Source of the DNA: Desulfovibrionaceae bacterium
Lineage (GTDB): Bacteria; Desulfobacterota; Desulfovibrionia; Desulfovibrionales; Desulfovibrionaceae
Reading direction: 5' to 3'
Length of the DNA: 64,000 nt
Assembly: GCA_963665495.1 (NCBI GenBank)
Contig: OY762289.1
Span: 1,189,909-1,253,908 of the forward strand
The notes under the pieces: model-generated
What the model saw: only the letters and a program-made list of their open reading frames with translations
Told to the model about the DNA's origin: nothing
Databases searched by the model: none
Program-made: the position numbers and the translations under genes
Part shown: positions 1-9,337 of the stretch, in pieces
Numbering within the stretch: the stretch's first letter is position 1
How the letters are laid out: every line of letters starts with the position of its first letter

Positions 1-2923
1 GGAAGAAATCAAACTGCTGAAATCCACTTCCAGAGCATCCATCTCCGTCATCATTATTGAATTGCGAGACACGGTCCGCAACCCCAAGGCTGTCTGGGCA
101 CGCGTACGGGACCGCTTGGGCAATGTAGAAACCGATTTGCCCTCGGGTGCGGAACAGCCCGAACTCAATGAAGAAGACAGCAAAGTCGACGCGTATTCGC
201 TCATTGCGGGCTTGTCCTGGGAGCAGGATACGCCGGTTTCTTACGCGATACTCAGACGGCTTGGCGAAGAACTGGAAGACAGGCTGCGTTCCGTGCCGGG
301 CACCGGAGACAGCAAGTTGTTTGGCGAGCCCGATGAAGAGATAGTGGTCAGCGTGGACGGCGCCAGACTGGCTGATTACGGTCTCAGCGCCAAAGCACTT
401 TCCGAGCGTATCGCTGCGGCTGATTCCAAATATCCGGCTGGTGAAATGCACGGATCGGCCAATTCCATGTTTTTGGAAATATCCGGGGAACTGGATTCCC
501 TGGACCGCATTCGCGAACTGCCTGTTCTTGAAGGGCAGGACGGAAAGGTGGTCCGCGTCGCGGATCTGGCTTCCGTACGCAAGGGAATCAAAGAGCCCCC
601 CAGCGAGCTGGCCTTTATCAACGGCAAGCCGGGCATAACCGTGGCGGTACGCATGCTGGAGGGCCAGCGCATTGATTCCTGGAGTGCAAACGCCCGGGAA
701 ACAGTGCAGCGGTTTTTCGCCGGGCTTCCGCGCGGCGTAAAAGGTACGGTCCTTTATGATCAGAGTGTGTACACCAGCGAACGCCTTGACGGGTTGGAGC
801 GTAATCTGATCCAGGGAACTTTGTTCGTGCTGTTGATTACCATGCTGATGATGGGAGTGCGCTCGGCCTTGCTGGTCGGTCTGGCTCTGCCTTTGTCTGT
901 TTTGATGGTACTTGCCGGACTCGGATTTCTCGGCATCCCTTTGCATCAGATTTCCGTAACCGGTTTGATAGTGGCGTTAGGGCTGCTTATTGATACGGCC
1001 ATCATTACGGTGCATGAGGTACAGACGCGTGCCAGTGTATCGGGATCCGGCCGCAAGGCCGTGGCCGAAAGCCTCGCACATCTTGCGGTACCGCTTCTGG
1101 GGTCGACATTCACCACTATTCTGGCGTTCATGCCGCTGATACTGATGCCCGGCCCTACGGGGGAATTCGTCGGCTCCATTTCGGTCAGCGTAATTTTGGC
1201 CCTGTGCAGTTCGCTTTTTGTTTCTCTGGCCATCATCGCTCCTTTGTCTGGTTTGCTGTACGCGCATCAGGTCGGCAAGGACTCCTGGTTATTGTGGTCC
1301 CGCGGCATCAGTCATTCGCGTCTGGGGGCCTGGTACGGGCGGACGCTGCGGCTGCTGTTCCGGCGACCGGTATTGGGCATAGTGTTGGCGTTGATTTTTC
1401 CGATTATGGGATTTTGGGGGGGCGCGCAGCTGCCGGAACTGTTTTTTCCTCCCAGCGAGCGTGACCAGCTGCAAATAAAGGTGACGCTTCCCTCGCAGGC
1501 TCCTTTGGAGGAAACCCGGCGTACCGTGCTGGAGATGCGTGAGCGTCTGCTGCAAGACGCCGACGTACGGCGGGTTACCTGGTTTGTGGGAGGCACCTTT
1601 CCAAAATTTTATTATAATGTGTTGGGAGGGCAGAATAATTCGCCTTTCATGGGACAAGCCATGGTGCAGCTGGCCAAGGGAACGAAACCCCAACCCGTGG
1701 CTCTGCGCCTGCAGCGGAAACTGGACGAGGAGTTTCCCGAGGCCCAGTGTATCGTCAAACAACTGGAGCAGGGGCCGCCTTATGATGCGCCCGTGGAATT
1801 TCATATCTTTGGTCCGGATCTGGAAACCTTGCGCGGACTTGGAGAGCAGCTGCGCGGAGTGATGGCCCGTACGCCGGACGTCATCCATACGTCGGTCAGC
1901 ATCAAAAAAGACCGGCCCACGATTCATTTTGCTCTCAACGAAGAAGACGCCCGTATGGCTGGGTTAAGTAATACGGATATTGCCGGGCAGCTGCGCAATG
2001 AGCTGGATGGAACGGAAGGCGGGTCCTTATTGGAGGATACCGAGGAACTACCGGTGCGGGTGCGGCTTGCCGATGATTTGCGCGGACAGCTGGATACGGT
2101 CGCTTCGCTGGATTTGCTGGCAAGCGGCACGGACGGCAGCGTACGCAGCGTGCCTTTGGAAGCGGTGGGAACAGTGGGCATAGCACCGGATTTCGCCAGC
2201 ATCACCCATCGTGACGGACAACGCTGCATGACCGTGCAATCCTACATTACGGCTGGGGTTCTGCCGGCCAAAGTTCTTCATGCGGTTCAGAAGGAGCTGC
2301 AGCGTACGGGATTTACACTGCCTGCGGGGTACCGGATGAAAGTGGGCGGCGAGTCGGAAAAAAGAGACGAGTCCGTCAACAAACTGGTGGGATCCATGGG
2401 ACTGCTTGTACTGCTGCTGTTGGCGACTTTAGTCCTTTCCTTCAACTCTTTCAGGTCCGCGGCGATCATCACGCTGGTCGGGGCGCTGTCCGTGGGACTC
2501 GGACAACTTTCGCTGTTTCTTTTTGGCTATCCCTTCGGGTTTATGGCTATAATCGGAATTATGGGGCTGGTCGGAGTGGCGGTTAATGATTCCATAGTGG
2601 TCCTTGCGGCCCTGCGGGAAAATCAGCAGGTACGCGCGGGCGACAGAGAAGCCGTGGTCCAGGTGGTCACGCATTGCACCCGGCATGTGATCTCCACTTC
2701 CCTGACCACGGTGGCCGGATTTCTCCCCTTGATTCTGGCCGGTGGGTCGTTCTGGCCACCGCTGGCCGTGTCCATCGCGGGAGGCGTTCTGGGATCAACC
2801 CTGCTGGGGCTCTATTTTACGCCCTGTGCCTACCTGCTGCTGTGTGGAAAACGGCTTAGGAATACAAAACGCGTCGGTGTTGCCGCGTCGAATGCCCTGG
2901 AACAGCAGCTTTCTGCACCCTGA
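1..2923 (+). CDS. RND efflux transporter permease subunit (AcrB/HAE1-like), 5'-partial; the reading frame is open to the window edge
   Basis: 953-aa ORF plus an open frame back to nt 1. Multi-TM protein with AcrB-type TM-bundle signatures (…GLLIDTAIITVHEV…, …VAVNDSIVVLAAL…). About 60-70 N-terminal residues lie outside the window. Confidence 0.85.
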   Translation, partial: EEIKLLKSTSRASISVIIIELRDTVRNPKAVWARVRDRLGNVETDLPSGAEQPELNEEDSKVDAYSLIAGLSWEQDTPVSYAILRRLGEELEDRLRSVPGTGDSKLFGEPDEEIVVSVDGARLADYGLSAKALSERIAAADSKYPAGEMHGSANSMFLEISGELDSLDRIRELPVLEGQDGKVVRVADLASVRKGIKEPPSELAFINGKPGITVAVRMLEGQRIDSWSANARETVQRFFAGLPRGVKGTVLYDQSVYTSERLDGLERNLIQGTLFVLLITMLMMGVRSALLVGLALPLSVLMVLAGLGFLGIPLHQISVTGLIVALGLLIDTAIITVHEVQTRASVSGSGRKAVAESLAHLAVPLLGSTFTTILAFMPLILMPGPTGEFVGSISVSVILALCSSLFVSLAIIAPLSGLLYAHQVGKDSWLLWSRGISHSRLGAWYGRTLRLLFRRPVLGIVLALIFPIMGFWGGAQLPELFFPPSERDQLQIKVTLPSQAPLEETRRTVLEMRERLLQDADVRRVTWFVGGTFPKFYYNVLGGQNNSPFMGQAMVQLAKGTKPQPVALRLQRKLDEEFPEAQCIVKQLEQGPPYDAPVEFHIFGPDLETLRGLGEQLRGVMARTPDVIHTSVSIKKDRPTIHFALNEEDARMAGLSNTDIAGQLRNELDGTEGGSLLEDTEELPVRVRLADDLRGQLDTVASLDLLASGTDGSVRSVPLEAVGTVGIAPDFASITHRDGQRCMTVQSYITAGVLPAKVLHAVQKELQRTGFTLPAGYRMKVGGESEKRDESVNKLVGSMGLLVLLLLATLVLSFNSFRSAAIITLVGALSVGLGQLSLFLFGYPFGFMAIIGIMGLVGVAVNDSIVVLAALRENQQVRAGDREAVVQVVTHCTRHVISTSLTTVAGFLPLILAGGSFWPPLAVSIAGGVLGSTLLGLYFTPCAYLLLCGKRLRNTKRVGVAASNALEQQLSAP

Positions 2924-2924
2924 T

Positions 2925-2958
2925 GCGTTTGGACGCCGGAGATTTTTTTTCTTTTTGT
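2925..2958 (+). terminator. Possible weak rho-independent terminator after the RND gene
   Basis: Short GC stem GCGT…ACGC followed by a T-run (gattttttttctttttg) immediately after the stop codon. The stem is only 4 bp. Confidence 0.3.
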
Positions 2959-3043
2959 TGTTCGTGCTTGCCTCTGATGCTAAATCGTGTATGTTGCTCG
3001 CCTCCAGTCAACAATTGAGCAACAACCACTTGGGGAGCGTAGC

Positions 3044-4519
3044 ATGAACACCGATACGCTGTGCGAGTACAGCGAGAAGAACAACACGGAAGCACAGCAG
3101 CCCGAGCCGGGTAATACGCGCTGGAGCCGCCCCAATGGCTATCGGGATGTGCTCTCCATCAGCATGCCCCTGGTGCTGTCCATGATGTCAAACACGGTGA
3201 TGGCCTTTACGGATCGCCTTTTTCTGGGCTGGTATTCCATTTCGGCGCTTTCAGCGGCAACTCCCGCTTTTCTGGCCGTTTTTGTTTTTCAGTCGTTTTT
3301 CATGGGCGTGGGTGAATATCTCAACGTATTTGTCGCCCAATACACGGGGGCCGGACAATCGCGGAAAGTGGGAGCCATTATCTGGCAGGGCATTTATTTT
3401 GCTCTGGCGGCGTGGGTTCTGATGTCGGGGTTGTATGTTGCCGCTCCTTCCATCTTTTCACTGGCCGGTCATCCGCCGGCAGTGCGGGAGCTGGAGATTA
3501 TTTACTTCCGGATTCTGACTTTGGGCAGTGGATTCGTGCTGCTGGCCGTATCCCTGTCCGGATTTTATTCCGGCCGCGGGTTGACACGGGTGTTGATGTT
3601 CGTGCATCTGGCCGGGGCGCTGATCAATATTCCGCTGGATTATGTCCTTATCAACGGTGTCCGTTATGGGGACAAAGTGCTGGTGCCTGAGATGGGTATC
3701 GCAGGGGCGGCCATTGCCACGGTATTCGGAGGCATGTTCATCGCCGGAATTCTCTGTGTGCTGGTGTTTCGTAAAAAAAACGAGCAGTGTTTTGCCATCC
3801 GCAGCGCCTGGCCCCTGCGGCCCGGACTGTTCGTGCGTTTTTTCAAATACGGTCTGCCCAGCGGCCTGCAGTTTTGTCTGGATATTCTGGCTGTGGCCTG
3901 TTTTTCCTTTATGGTCGGACGATTGGGAGAACTGGAGCTGGCAGCAACGAATATTGTTTTTTCACTGCATTCGGTAATTTTTTTGCCCATGGTAGGCATG
4001 CATATCGGCGTCAGTGTCCTCACCGGGCAGGCCATAGGCCGCGAGCGGCCCGCTGAGGCGCGCCAGGTGGCTCGCAGTGCGCTGGAACTTACCCTGTGTT
4101 ATGTCGTATTCATCGGCATCTTTTTTCTGCTTTTTCCGGAAACACTGGTGGGCTGGTTCAAAACCAATGCTGTTTCCGACAAGGATTTTGCCCCGATTCT
4201 TACCATGGGCGTGGTCCTGCTGCGTTTTCTGGTCTTTTTCACGCTTTTCGATGCGCTGACCATGATCTATGCGGGGGTGCTCAAAGGCGCGGGAGATATT
4301 TATTATGTGATGCGCGTCATCGGGGTATGCGCGATTTTTGTGCTGGGGCTGCCGTCCTGGATCGGGGTCACCTATCTGGGCTTTGGCATCTATGCGGCCT
4401 GGACGGTTATCACCGTGTACGCCTGTTCCCTGGGGATCTGGTTCTATCTGCGTTTCCGCCAGGACGGCTGGATGAGTAAAAGCGTTATCCGCGAGGTTCC
4501 TGGTCAAAGTGCTGATTGA
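3044..4519 (+). CDS. MATE family efflux transporter
   Basis: 12-TM-like hydrophobic profile with MATE-type N-terminal motif (…SMMSNTVMAFTDRLFLGWYS…). RBS GGGGAG lies 5 nt before ATG 3044. The longer track ORF from 2987 has no RBS. Confidence 0.8.
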   Translation: MNTDTLCEYSEKNNTEAQQPEPGNTRWSRPNGYRDVLSISMPLVLSMMSNTVMAFTDRLFLGWYSISALSAATPAFLAVFVFQSFFMGVGEYLNVFVAQYTGAGQSRKVGAIIWQGIYFALAAWVLMSGLYVAAPSIFSLAGHPPAVRELEIIYFRILTLGSGFVLLAVSLSGFYSGRGLTRVLMFVHLAGALINIPLDYVLINGVRYGDKVLVPEMGIAGAAIATVFGGMFIAGILCVLVFRKKNEQCFAIRSAWPLRPGLFVRFFKYGLPSGLQFCLDILAVACFSFMVGRLGELELAATNIVFSLHSVIFLPMVGMHIGVSVLTGQAIGRERPAEARQVARSALELTLCYVVFIGIFFLLFPETLVGWFKTNAVSDKDFAPILTMGVVLLRFLVFFTLFDALTMIYAGVLKGAGDIYYVMRVIGVCAIFVLGLPSWIGVTYLGFGIYAAWTVITVYACSLGIWFYLRFRQDGWMSKSVIREVPGQSAD

Positions 4520-7079
4520 TTTTAATCAGCGAAAAATACAGGGGATCCAGGTCCGGAACAATGGCTTTGAGCATGGCCAGAGGGTTGAGATAGATTTCGC
4601 TCCAGTCCAGACGAAGTCGGAGGCAATTGTCCGATACCTGGAGCAATTCGGTGAAAAGCGGGCGGATGTCGCGGTTGCGCAAGCCCTTTTTCGTCATTCT
4701 GGTCCAGACGAAGCTCTCCTGCTCCATGAATTTTTCAAGCGCCCGGACGATGGTCCGGCATTGTTCACCGTCGTCAGCCAGCCGCAGTTCGTATGTTTCC
4801 GCTACGGATTGCGGCTGTTTTTTCTTCATTTCCAGCGGTTCGACGCGCAGCAGCTCGACTCCTTTGGGTAATTGCGGATTCAGGGCTTCCAGGATCTGCT
4901 CCGGAGACAGCGCCCGGCGTAGAAAAATGTCGACATGTTCTTCCAGGCTTTCCACGCCCACGGGCAGCGCTCTGGCAAAAGAGAGCAGAGGGAGCGGATG
5001 GAATCCCTGAGAAAAGCTCATGGGCATTTTGGCGCGGCGCATGGCGCGTTCGAGTATGGCCTGCAGTTCGAGCTGGCTTATAAAGGCTGCCACGTCGGTT
5101 TTGGAATACCAGAGCCGGTAATGGGCGGCTTTGATGCCGAGTTTTTCCGCGGCCTGGTCGGTTTCCTCCGCAGGGCTGGCCTCGGCGCGTTGGGCCTGGT
5201 TCAAACGCGGGCGGATTTCCAGGGTTTCGGCCTGTGCGGCCAGGCGCGAGCGTTTGCCGTCATGGTTGCAGATGCCGCAGCCTGCGCAGTTTTCAAAGCG
5301 GCAATCCGGCGTAAGTTCGCCCTCCAGGGCGCGCCGGCGTTCCAGCTTGAGGAAGGCTTTGCTGACGCCTGTCTCCAGGTGGTCCCAAGGCAGCGGAAGG
5401 TCAGGATCACGCGGACCGATGAGCGCCAGGTAGTCAGCTTCACTCCAGCCGCATTCCGCGAAGGCTTCGAACCAGGGGGCCAGATCGAGCTGGTCGTTCC
5501 ACGAACAGAACAGCGCGCCTTTGCGATATGCGCTTTCCACCACCTTTGCCAGGCGACGGTCAGCCCGTGAAAATAGCCCTTCCAGAAAACTCATTTCCGG
5601 CAGATGCCAGCGGAGTTTCAGACGTTTGAAGGGCCGGAAAATTTCCCTCAGATAGGCAACGCGGTTGCTGATTTCTTCCAGAGTGATCTGCGGTTCCCAT
5701 TGAAATGGCGTATGGGGTTTGGGCACAAAGGGCGAGATGGCCGCTGTGACCTGCAGCCGCCGTGGTCCTTTTTCGCCGGGAGTAAAGGCCGCGCGTTCGA
5801 CTTTGCGGCAGAGATCGAGAATGGCGTCCAGGTCTTCCTGCTGTTCCGTGGGCAGGCCGATCATGAAATAGAGTTTGACCGAGTTCCAGCCGTTTTCAAA
5901 CAGCCGGCCCACATGCTCCATGAGCTGTTCCTCGGTGATGCCTTTGTTGATGACGTCCCGCATACGCTGGCTTCCCGCTTCCGGGGCCAGGGTTGCGCCC
6001 GTACGGCGGATGCCTGCGATCTGGCGCATGATGTTTTCATCCACGGAACCGACACGAAGCGAGGGCAGCGAAATGGATACGAGTTCCTGGCGGCAGTGGT
6101 TGACGCTTTGGGCGAACAATCCTTCGAGGTTGGAAAAATCACCGGTGCTCAGGGATAAAAAGGAAACTTCCTCGTAGCCTGTGGACTCCAGGCCTTTGTA
6201 GAGGATGTCCTTGAGCACGGGCAGGCTGCGTTCGCGTACGGGCCGGTAAACCATGCCCGCATGGCAGAAGCGGCAGCCGCGCGTGCAGCCTCGGGCTATT
6301 TCAATAGTGTATCGGTCGTGTACGGCGCCGATGGCCTGGGGCTGTATAAAAGGATAGGGGGCCGCGTCCAGGTCAGGCAGCACGCATTTTTCCACACGTT
6401 CGTATCCCGGCAGCAGCGGTTCCAGAGCTGTGCCCGGACCGTGGTCTTTGAAAAGGGCCGGAACATAAATTCCAGGAAGCCTGGTCAGGTCGACCAGGAT
6501 TTCGCGCCGGGTCAGGCCTTGTTCCTTGGCCTCGGCGATTCGTTCGAGGATTTGCGGCAGGATGCTTTCGCCGTCCCCCAGAACCATAAAATCCATGAAA
6601 GGCGCTAAGGCTTCTGAGTTGAAAGTGCAGCCGCCGCCGGCCAGAATCAGCGGTGGAGCGGACGGATCCGCAAGGCTGCGGTCCAGGTCCCTGTCCGCGG
6701 CATGCAGCGGAATGGCTGCCAGATCCAGCATGTACAGAACGTTGGTATAACAAAGCTCGTGGGTGATGTGAAAGCCGACGGCATCCAGATCATAAAGAGG
6801 GGTATCTGATTCGAGCGTGGCGAGACGGCAGCCGCGTTCGCGCATCAGCTCCGCGGCTTCCCGAGTGGGGGCATAAGCCCGTTCGGCCCAGAACTGCGGG
6901 ATCTGGTTGACCGCATGGTACAGCAAGGCCTGGCCCGTATAGGACATGCCGACTTCATAGAGATCAGGAAAGGCCAGGGCCAGACGCGCCCGGACAGTGC
7001 CCGGTTCTTTACGCACGCAGCCATGTTCGCAGCCGGTGTAGTGGCTGGGACGTTGTATCAGGGGAAGCAATTCACGCAT
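4485..7079 (-). CDS. Fused radical SAM protein: TIGR03960-like B12-binding/radical SAM core plus a C-terminal DUF2344 (TIGR03936-like) domain
   Basis: 864 aa. N-terminus …LPLIQRPSHYTGCEHG… and a CxxxCxxC cluster motif (ARGCTRGCRFCHAG) match the rSAM_fuse_unch family. The C-terminal ~250 aa resemble the partner domain that is encoded separately in many genomes. Confidence 0.75.
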   Translation of the reverse strand: MRELLPLIQRPSHYTGCEHGCVRKEPGTVRARLALAFPDLYEVGMSYTGQALLYHAVNQIPQFWAERAYAPTREAAELMRERGCRLATLESDTPLYDLDAVGFHITHELCYTNVLYMLDLAAIPLHAADRDLDRSLADPSAPPLILAGGGCTFNSEALAPFMDFMVLGDGESILPQILERIAEAKEQGLTRREILVDLTRLPGIYVPALFKDHGPGTALEPLLPGYERVEKCVLPDLDAAPYPFIQPQAIGAVHDRYTIEIARGCTRGCRFCHAGMVYRPVRERSLPVLKDILYKGLESTGYEEVSFLSLSTGDFSNLEGLFAQSVNHCRQELVSISLPSLRVGSVDENIMRQIAGIRRTGATLAPEAGSQRMRDVINKGITEEQLMEHVGRLFENGWNSVKLYFMIGLPTEQQEDLDAILDLCRKVERAAFTPGEKGPRRLQVTAAISPFVPKPHTPFQWEPQITLEEISNRVAYLREIFRPFKRLKLRWHLPEMSFLEGLFSRADRRLAKVVESAYRKGALFCSWNDQLDLAPWFEAFAECGWSEADYLALIGPRDPDLPLPWDHLETGVSKAFLKLERRRALEGELTPDCRFENCAGCGICNHDGKRSRLAAQAETLEIRPRLNQAQRAEASPAEETDQAAEKLGIKAAHYRLWYSKTDVAAFISQLELQAILERAMRRAKMPMSFSQGFHPLPLLSFARALPVGVESLEEHVDIFLRRALSPEQILEALNPQLPKGVELLRVEPLEMKKKQPQSVAETYELRLADDGEQCRTIVRALEKFMEQESFVWTRMTKKGLRNRDIRPLFTELLQVSDNCLRLRLDWSEIYLNPLAMLKAIVPDLDPLYFSLIKINQHFDQEPRG

Positions 7080-7103
7080 TGGAGGATTCCTGGCTAGTGG
7101 CGC

Positions 7104-7136
7104 AAAAAAAGAAAAAGGAGCGTCAGGCGACGCCCC
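7104..7136 (-). terminator. Rho-independent terminator of the 7165-7512 gene
   Basis: On the minus strand: GGGGCGTCGCCTGACGCTCC hairpin followed by TTTTTCTTTTTTT, 28 nt after the stop. Confidence 0.6.
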
Positions 7137-7164
7137 TCGTTTACTGCGTCAGAAAGGTGCTGCA

Positions 7165-7512
7165 CTATTTTTTGAAAAGATTCGAGATATTACCGCCGCC
7201 ACCGCCGGTCAGGTCCAGGTTTTTGAGACTGCCCGAGGTGGAAAGAGTCAGATTGCTGGTAGCTTCGAGGTACTTGGTCTTGAGTTCTTCAGGGCAGTTT
7301 TTGTACTGGTAGAGCACGTGCTTCATGGCAATTTCACCATCGACTTCCGTATCGAACGGATACCCGAAAGGCAGAATCATCATTTGCGCGCCCTGCTGCG
7401 TGGGAACGGTCTGGAGCAGCGCTACATCTTTGAGCATATCCGTCTCAGCATCGAATTTGCCCAGAACCATTTCACCGTTGATGAGCTTCACCAGTTTGAT
7501 ATCGTATGCCAT
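7165..7512 (-). CDS. Hypothetical protein (115 aa)
   Basis: ORF with RBS AAGGAGA 9 nt before ATG 7512 and its own terminator. C-terminal Gly-run (TGGGGGN). No family recognised. Confidence 0.5.
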   Translation of the reverse strand: MAYDIKLVKLINGEMVLGKFDAETDMLKDVALLQTVPTQQGAQMMILPFGYPFDTEVDGEIAMKHVLYQYKNCPEELKTKYLEATSNLTLSTSGSLKNLDLTGGGGGNISNLFKK

Positions 7513-7683
7513 TTTGGGAGTCTCCTTTGTTTCTGGCAGGTTTTGGCCCGCCTCTGTCGCCGGACCCGGAATAGAACTAGAGTCTGAACCGTCAGCTGTC
7601 AAGGGAAGGATACAAGAGATTTACAGAAAGGCAAGAAGTTGAGCGGGACAGCTGCACAGGTTGCAAGGTATTTGGAATTAGAA

Positions 7684-8889
7684 TTATTTATTTCTTTTAG
7701 AAGGCCGCACCCGGCGGGCAAGAGATGCTCTTGAGCGAAGGGCTTTGACAGGCCGCGTTGCAGAAGGAGAAACGTATTCCTCTCCGTTATCTTTGGTATC
7801 GAGTATCTGGCTGAATTCTTCTTCGTAAATGGAGAGCATGATCATGGCGAACGCGATACTGAGGGGGCCGTAGAGCAGGCCTGCGAAACCGAAAATCTGT
7901 ACGCCGCCGAGGATGGCCAGCAGTACCCAGAAGACGGACATGCCTGATCCGCCCTGAACAAACAGCGGACGAATCAGATTGTCGGTCAGTGAAGCGAGAA
8001 CGGCATTCCAGATGAAGACGAACAAAGCGGCTTCCCAGCGGCCTTGCAGGCCGAGATAGGCCGCCGCCGGGATGTAAATGACCGTGACGCCGACGATGGG
8101 GATCAAAGAGGCAAAAGCCATCATCGTTCCCCAGAATATGCCCGGCAGCCCGACCATGGAAAGGCTGAATCCACCCACAAGCCCCTGGACAATACCGGTC
8201 AGGATGGTGCCCATGAACACCGAACGGGCGACACTGCGGATTTTATGCAACAGCCGGTTTTCCTGATGCTCCCGCAACGGAGAGAGATGTTTGATAACGC
8301 GGACAAACTGTTCGCCGTCGCGCAGTAGAAAAAACAGGATAAAAATCATTATGATGAAGTAAGCCAGAATGACGGCAATATTTCCAATGATCCCGGCGCC
8401 ATGAGTGATAAAGAATTCGCTGATGGTACGAGCAGCGTTGAGAATGTTGGATTGCAGGTCAAAGGTGTTGGCATTGAAGAAGGGAATGTGCTCGTGCAGA
8501 AACGCTTTGACGACTTCAATGTTTTCATTACTGAGCCAGTCCTGCAGCGTACCGCTTTTTATCCAGACTATCACTGAGTTCGTGAATTGGATGCCTTGCT
8601 GCACCATGGCCAGTGTGACGAAGAAAAGGGGCAGTACAATTAAAATGGAGATGATCATCACGTTGATCAACGCGCTGAGATTTTTATTCTGGATGGTGGC
8701 TTCCAGTTTTTTTTGCAAAGGGAAAAAAAGACCTGCAAAGACAACGGCCAGAATAATGGCATTGATCAGAGGCAGAAGAATGCGAAAAGCGAGAATCAGA
8801 GAAAAAATCAGAAGCAGCAACAAAAAGGATCTGACGGCAAAACGTCCCGATTTGTCTTGTATGGTAAGGTTGTTCGACTTATCCGGCAT
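7684..8889 (-). CDS. AI-2E family transporter (PerM/UPF0118-type permease)
   Basis: 401 aa, 7-8 TM. Conserved …GLVGGFSLSMVGLPGIFWGTMMAFASLIPIVG… block typical of the AI-2E family. Confidence 0.8.
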   Translation of the reverse strand: MPDKSNNLTIQDKSGRFAVRSFLLLLLIFSLILAFRILLPLINAIILAVVFAGLFFPLQKKLEATIQNKNLSALINVMIISILIVLPLFFVTLAMVQQGIQFTNSVIVWIKSGTLQDWLSNENIEVVKAFLHEHIPFFNANTFDLQSNILNAARTISEFFITHGAGIIGNIAVILAYFIIMIFILFFLLRDGEQFVRVIKHLSPLREHQENRLLHKIRSVARSVFMGTILTGIVQGLVGGFSLSMVGLPGIFWGTMMAFASLIPIVGVTVIYIPAAAYLGLQGRWEAALFVFIWNAVLASLTDNLIRPLFVQGGSGMSVFWVLLAILGGVQIFGFAGLLYGPLSIAFAMIMLSIYEEEFSQILDTKDNGEEYVSPSATRPVKALRSRASLARRVRPSKRNK

Positions 8890-9100
8890 GTTTTATTAGT
8901 ATTGAGGAAATTAAAATGTTCCGGCGTTTTGACAGCCATTTACAATGTCGTAACATGTATTACGCTTACACTTAGTATGGAGTTGCCCCGGAAGGCAACT
9001 TTTTTTCTTGTGTTTTCTGGTGGAAGCGAACTCTCGTCGACACAAGAGTATAAATCCGACAGTGTGTTGTCGATCAGCAGGCAGCAGATAAGGAGAAGAT

Positions 9101-9301
9101 ATGTCCGGAAAGCGGAAGGTCACGTTTGACCTGGGTGATTGCAATCGTTGCCAGGGGTGTCTGGAGATGGCGAAAGACTATGTGGAGTGGGAGGATTCTC
9201 TGGATATGCCCGTCCTCAGGGAGGAGATGATCCCTGAGGACGTGGCGCAGGAATTGATTGCAATGTGCCCGAATGATTGTTTTTCCTACGATGATGAGTA
9301 G
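9101..9301 (+). CDS. Small single-cluster [4Fe-4S] ferredoxin-like protein
   Basis: 66 aa. CxxCxxC…CP spacing (CNRCQGC … MCPNDC) as in Desulfovibrio-type ferredoxins. RBS AAGGAGAAG directly upstream. Confidence 0.55.
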   Translation: MSGKRKVTFDLGDCNRCQGCLEMAKDYVEWEDSLDMPVLREEMIPEDVAQELIAMCPNDCFSYDDE

Positions 9302-9337
9302 GTAGTGCGCTCCAGGCTTAAGGCGTCGGCGGATTGA

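Noticed and set aside
2987-3043. Upstream extension of the MATE ORF (track start 2987)
   Set aside because: The first in-frame start lacks an RBS, whereas ATG 3044 has GGGGAG 5 nt upstream. The shorter start is preferred.
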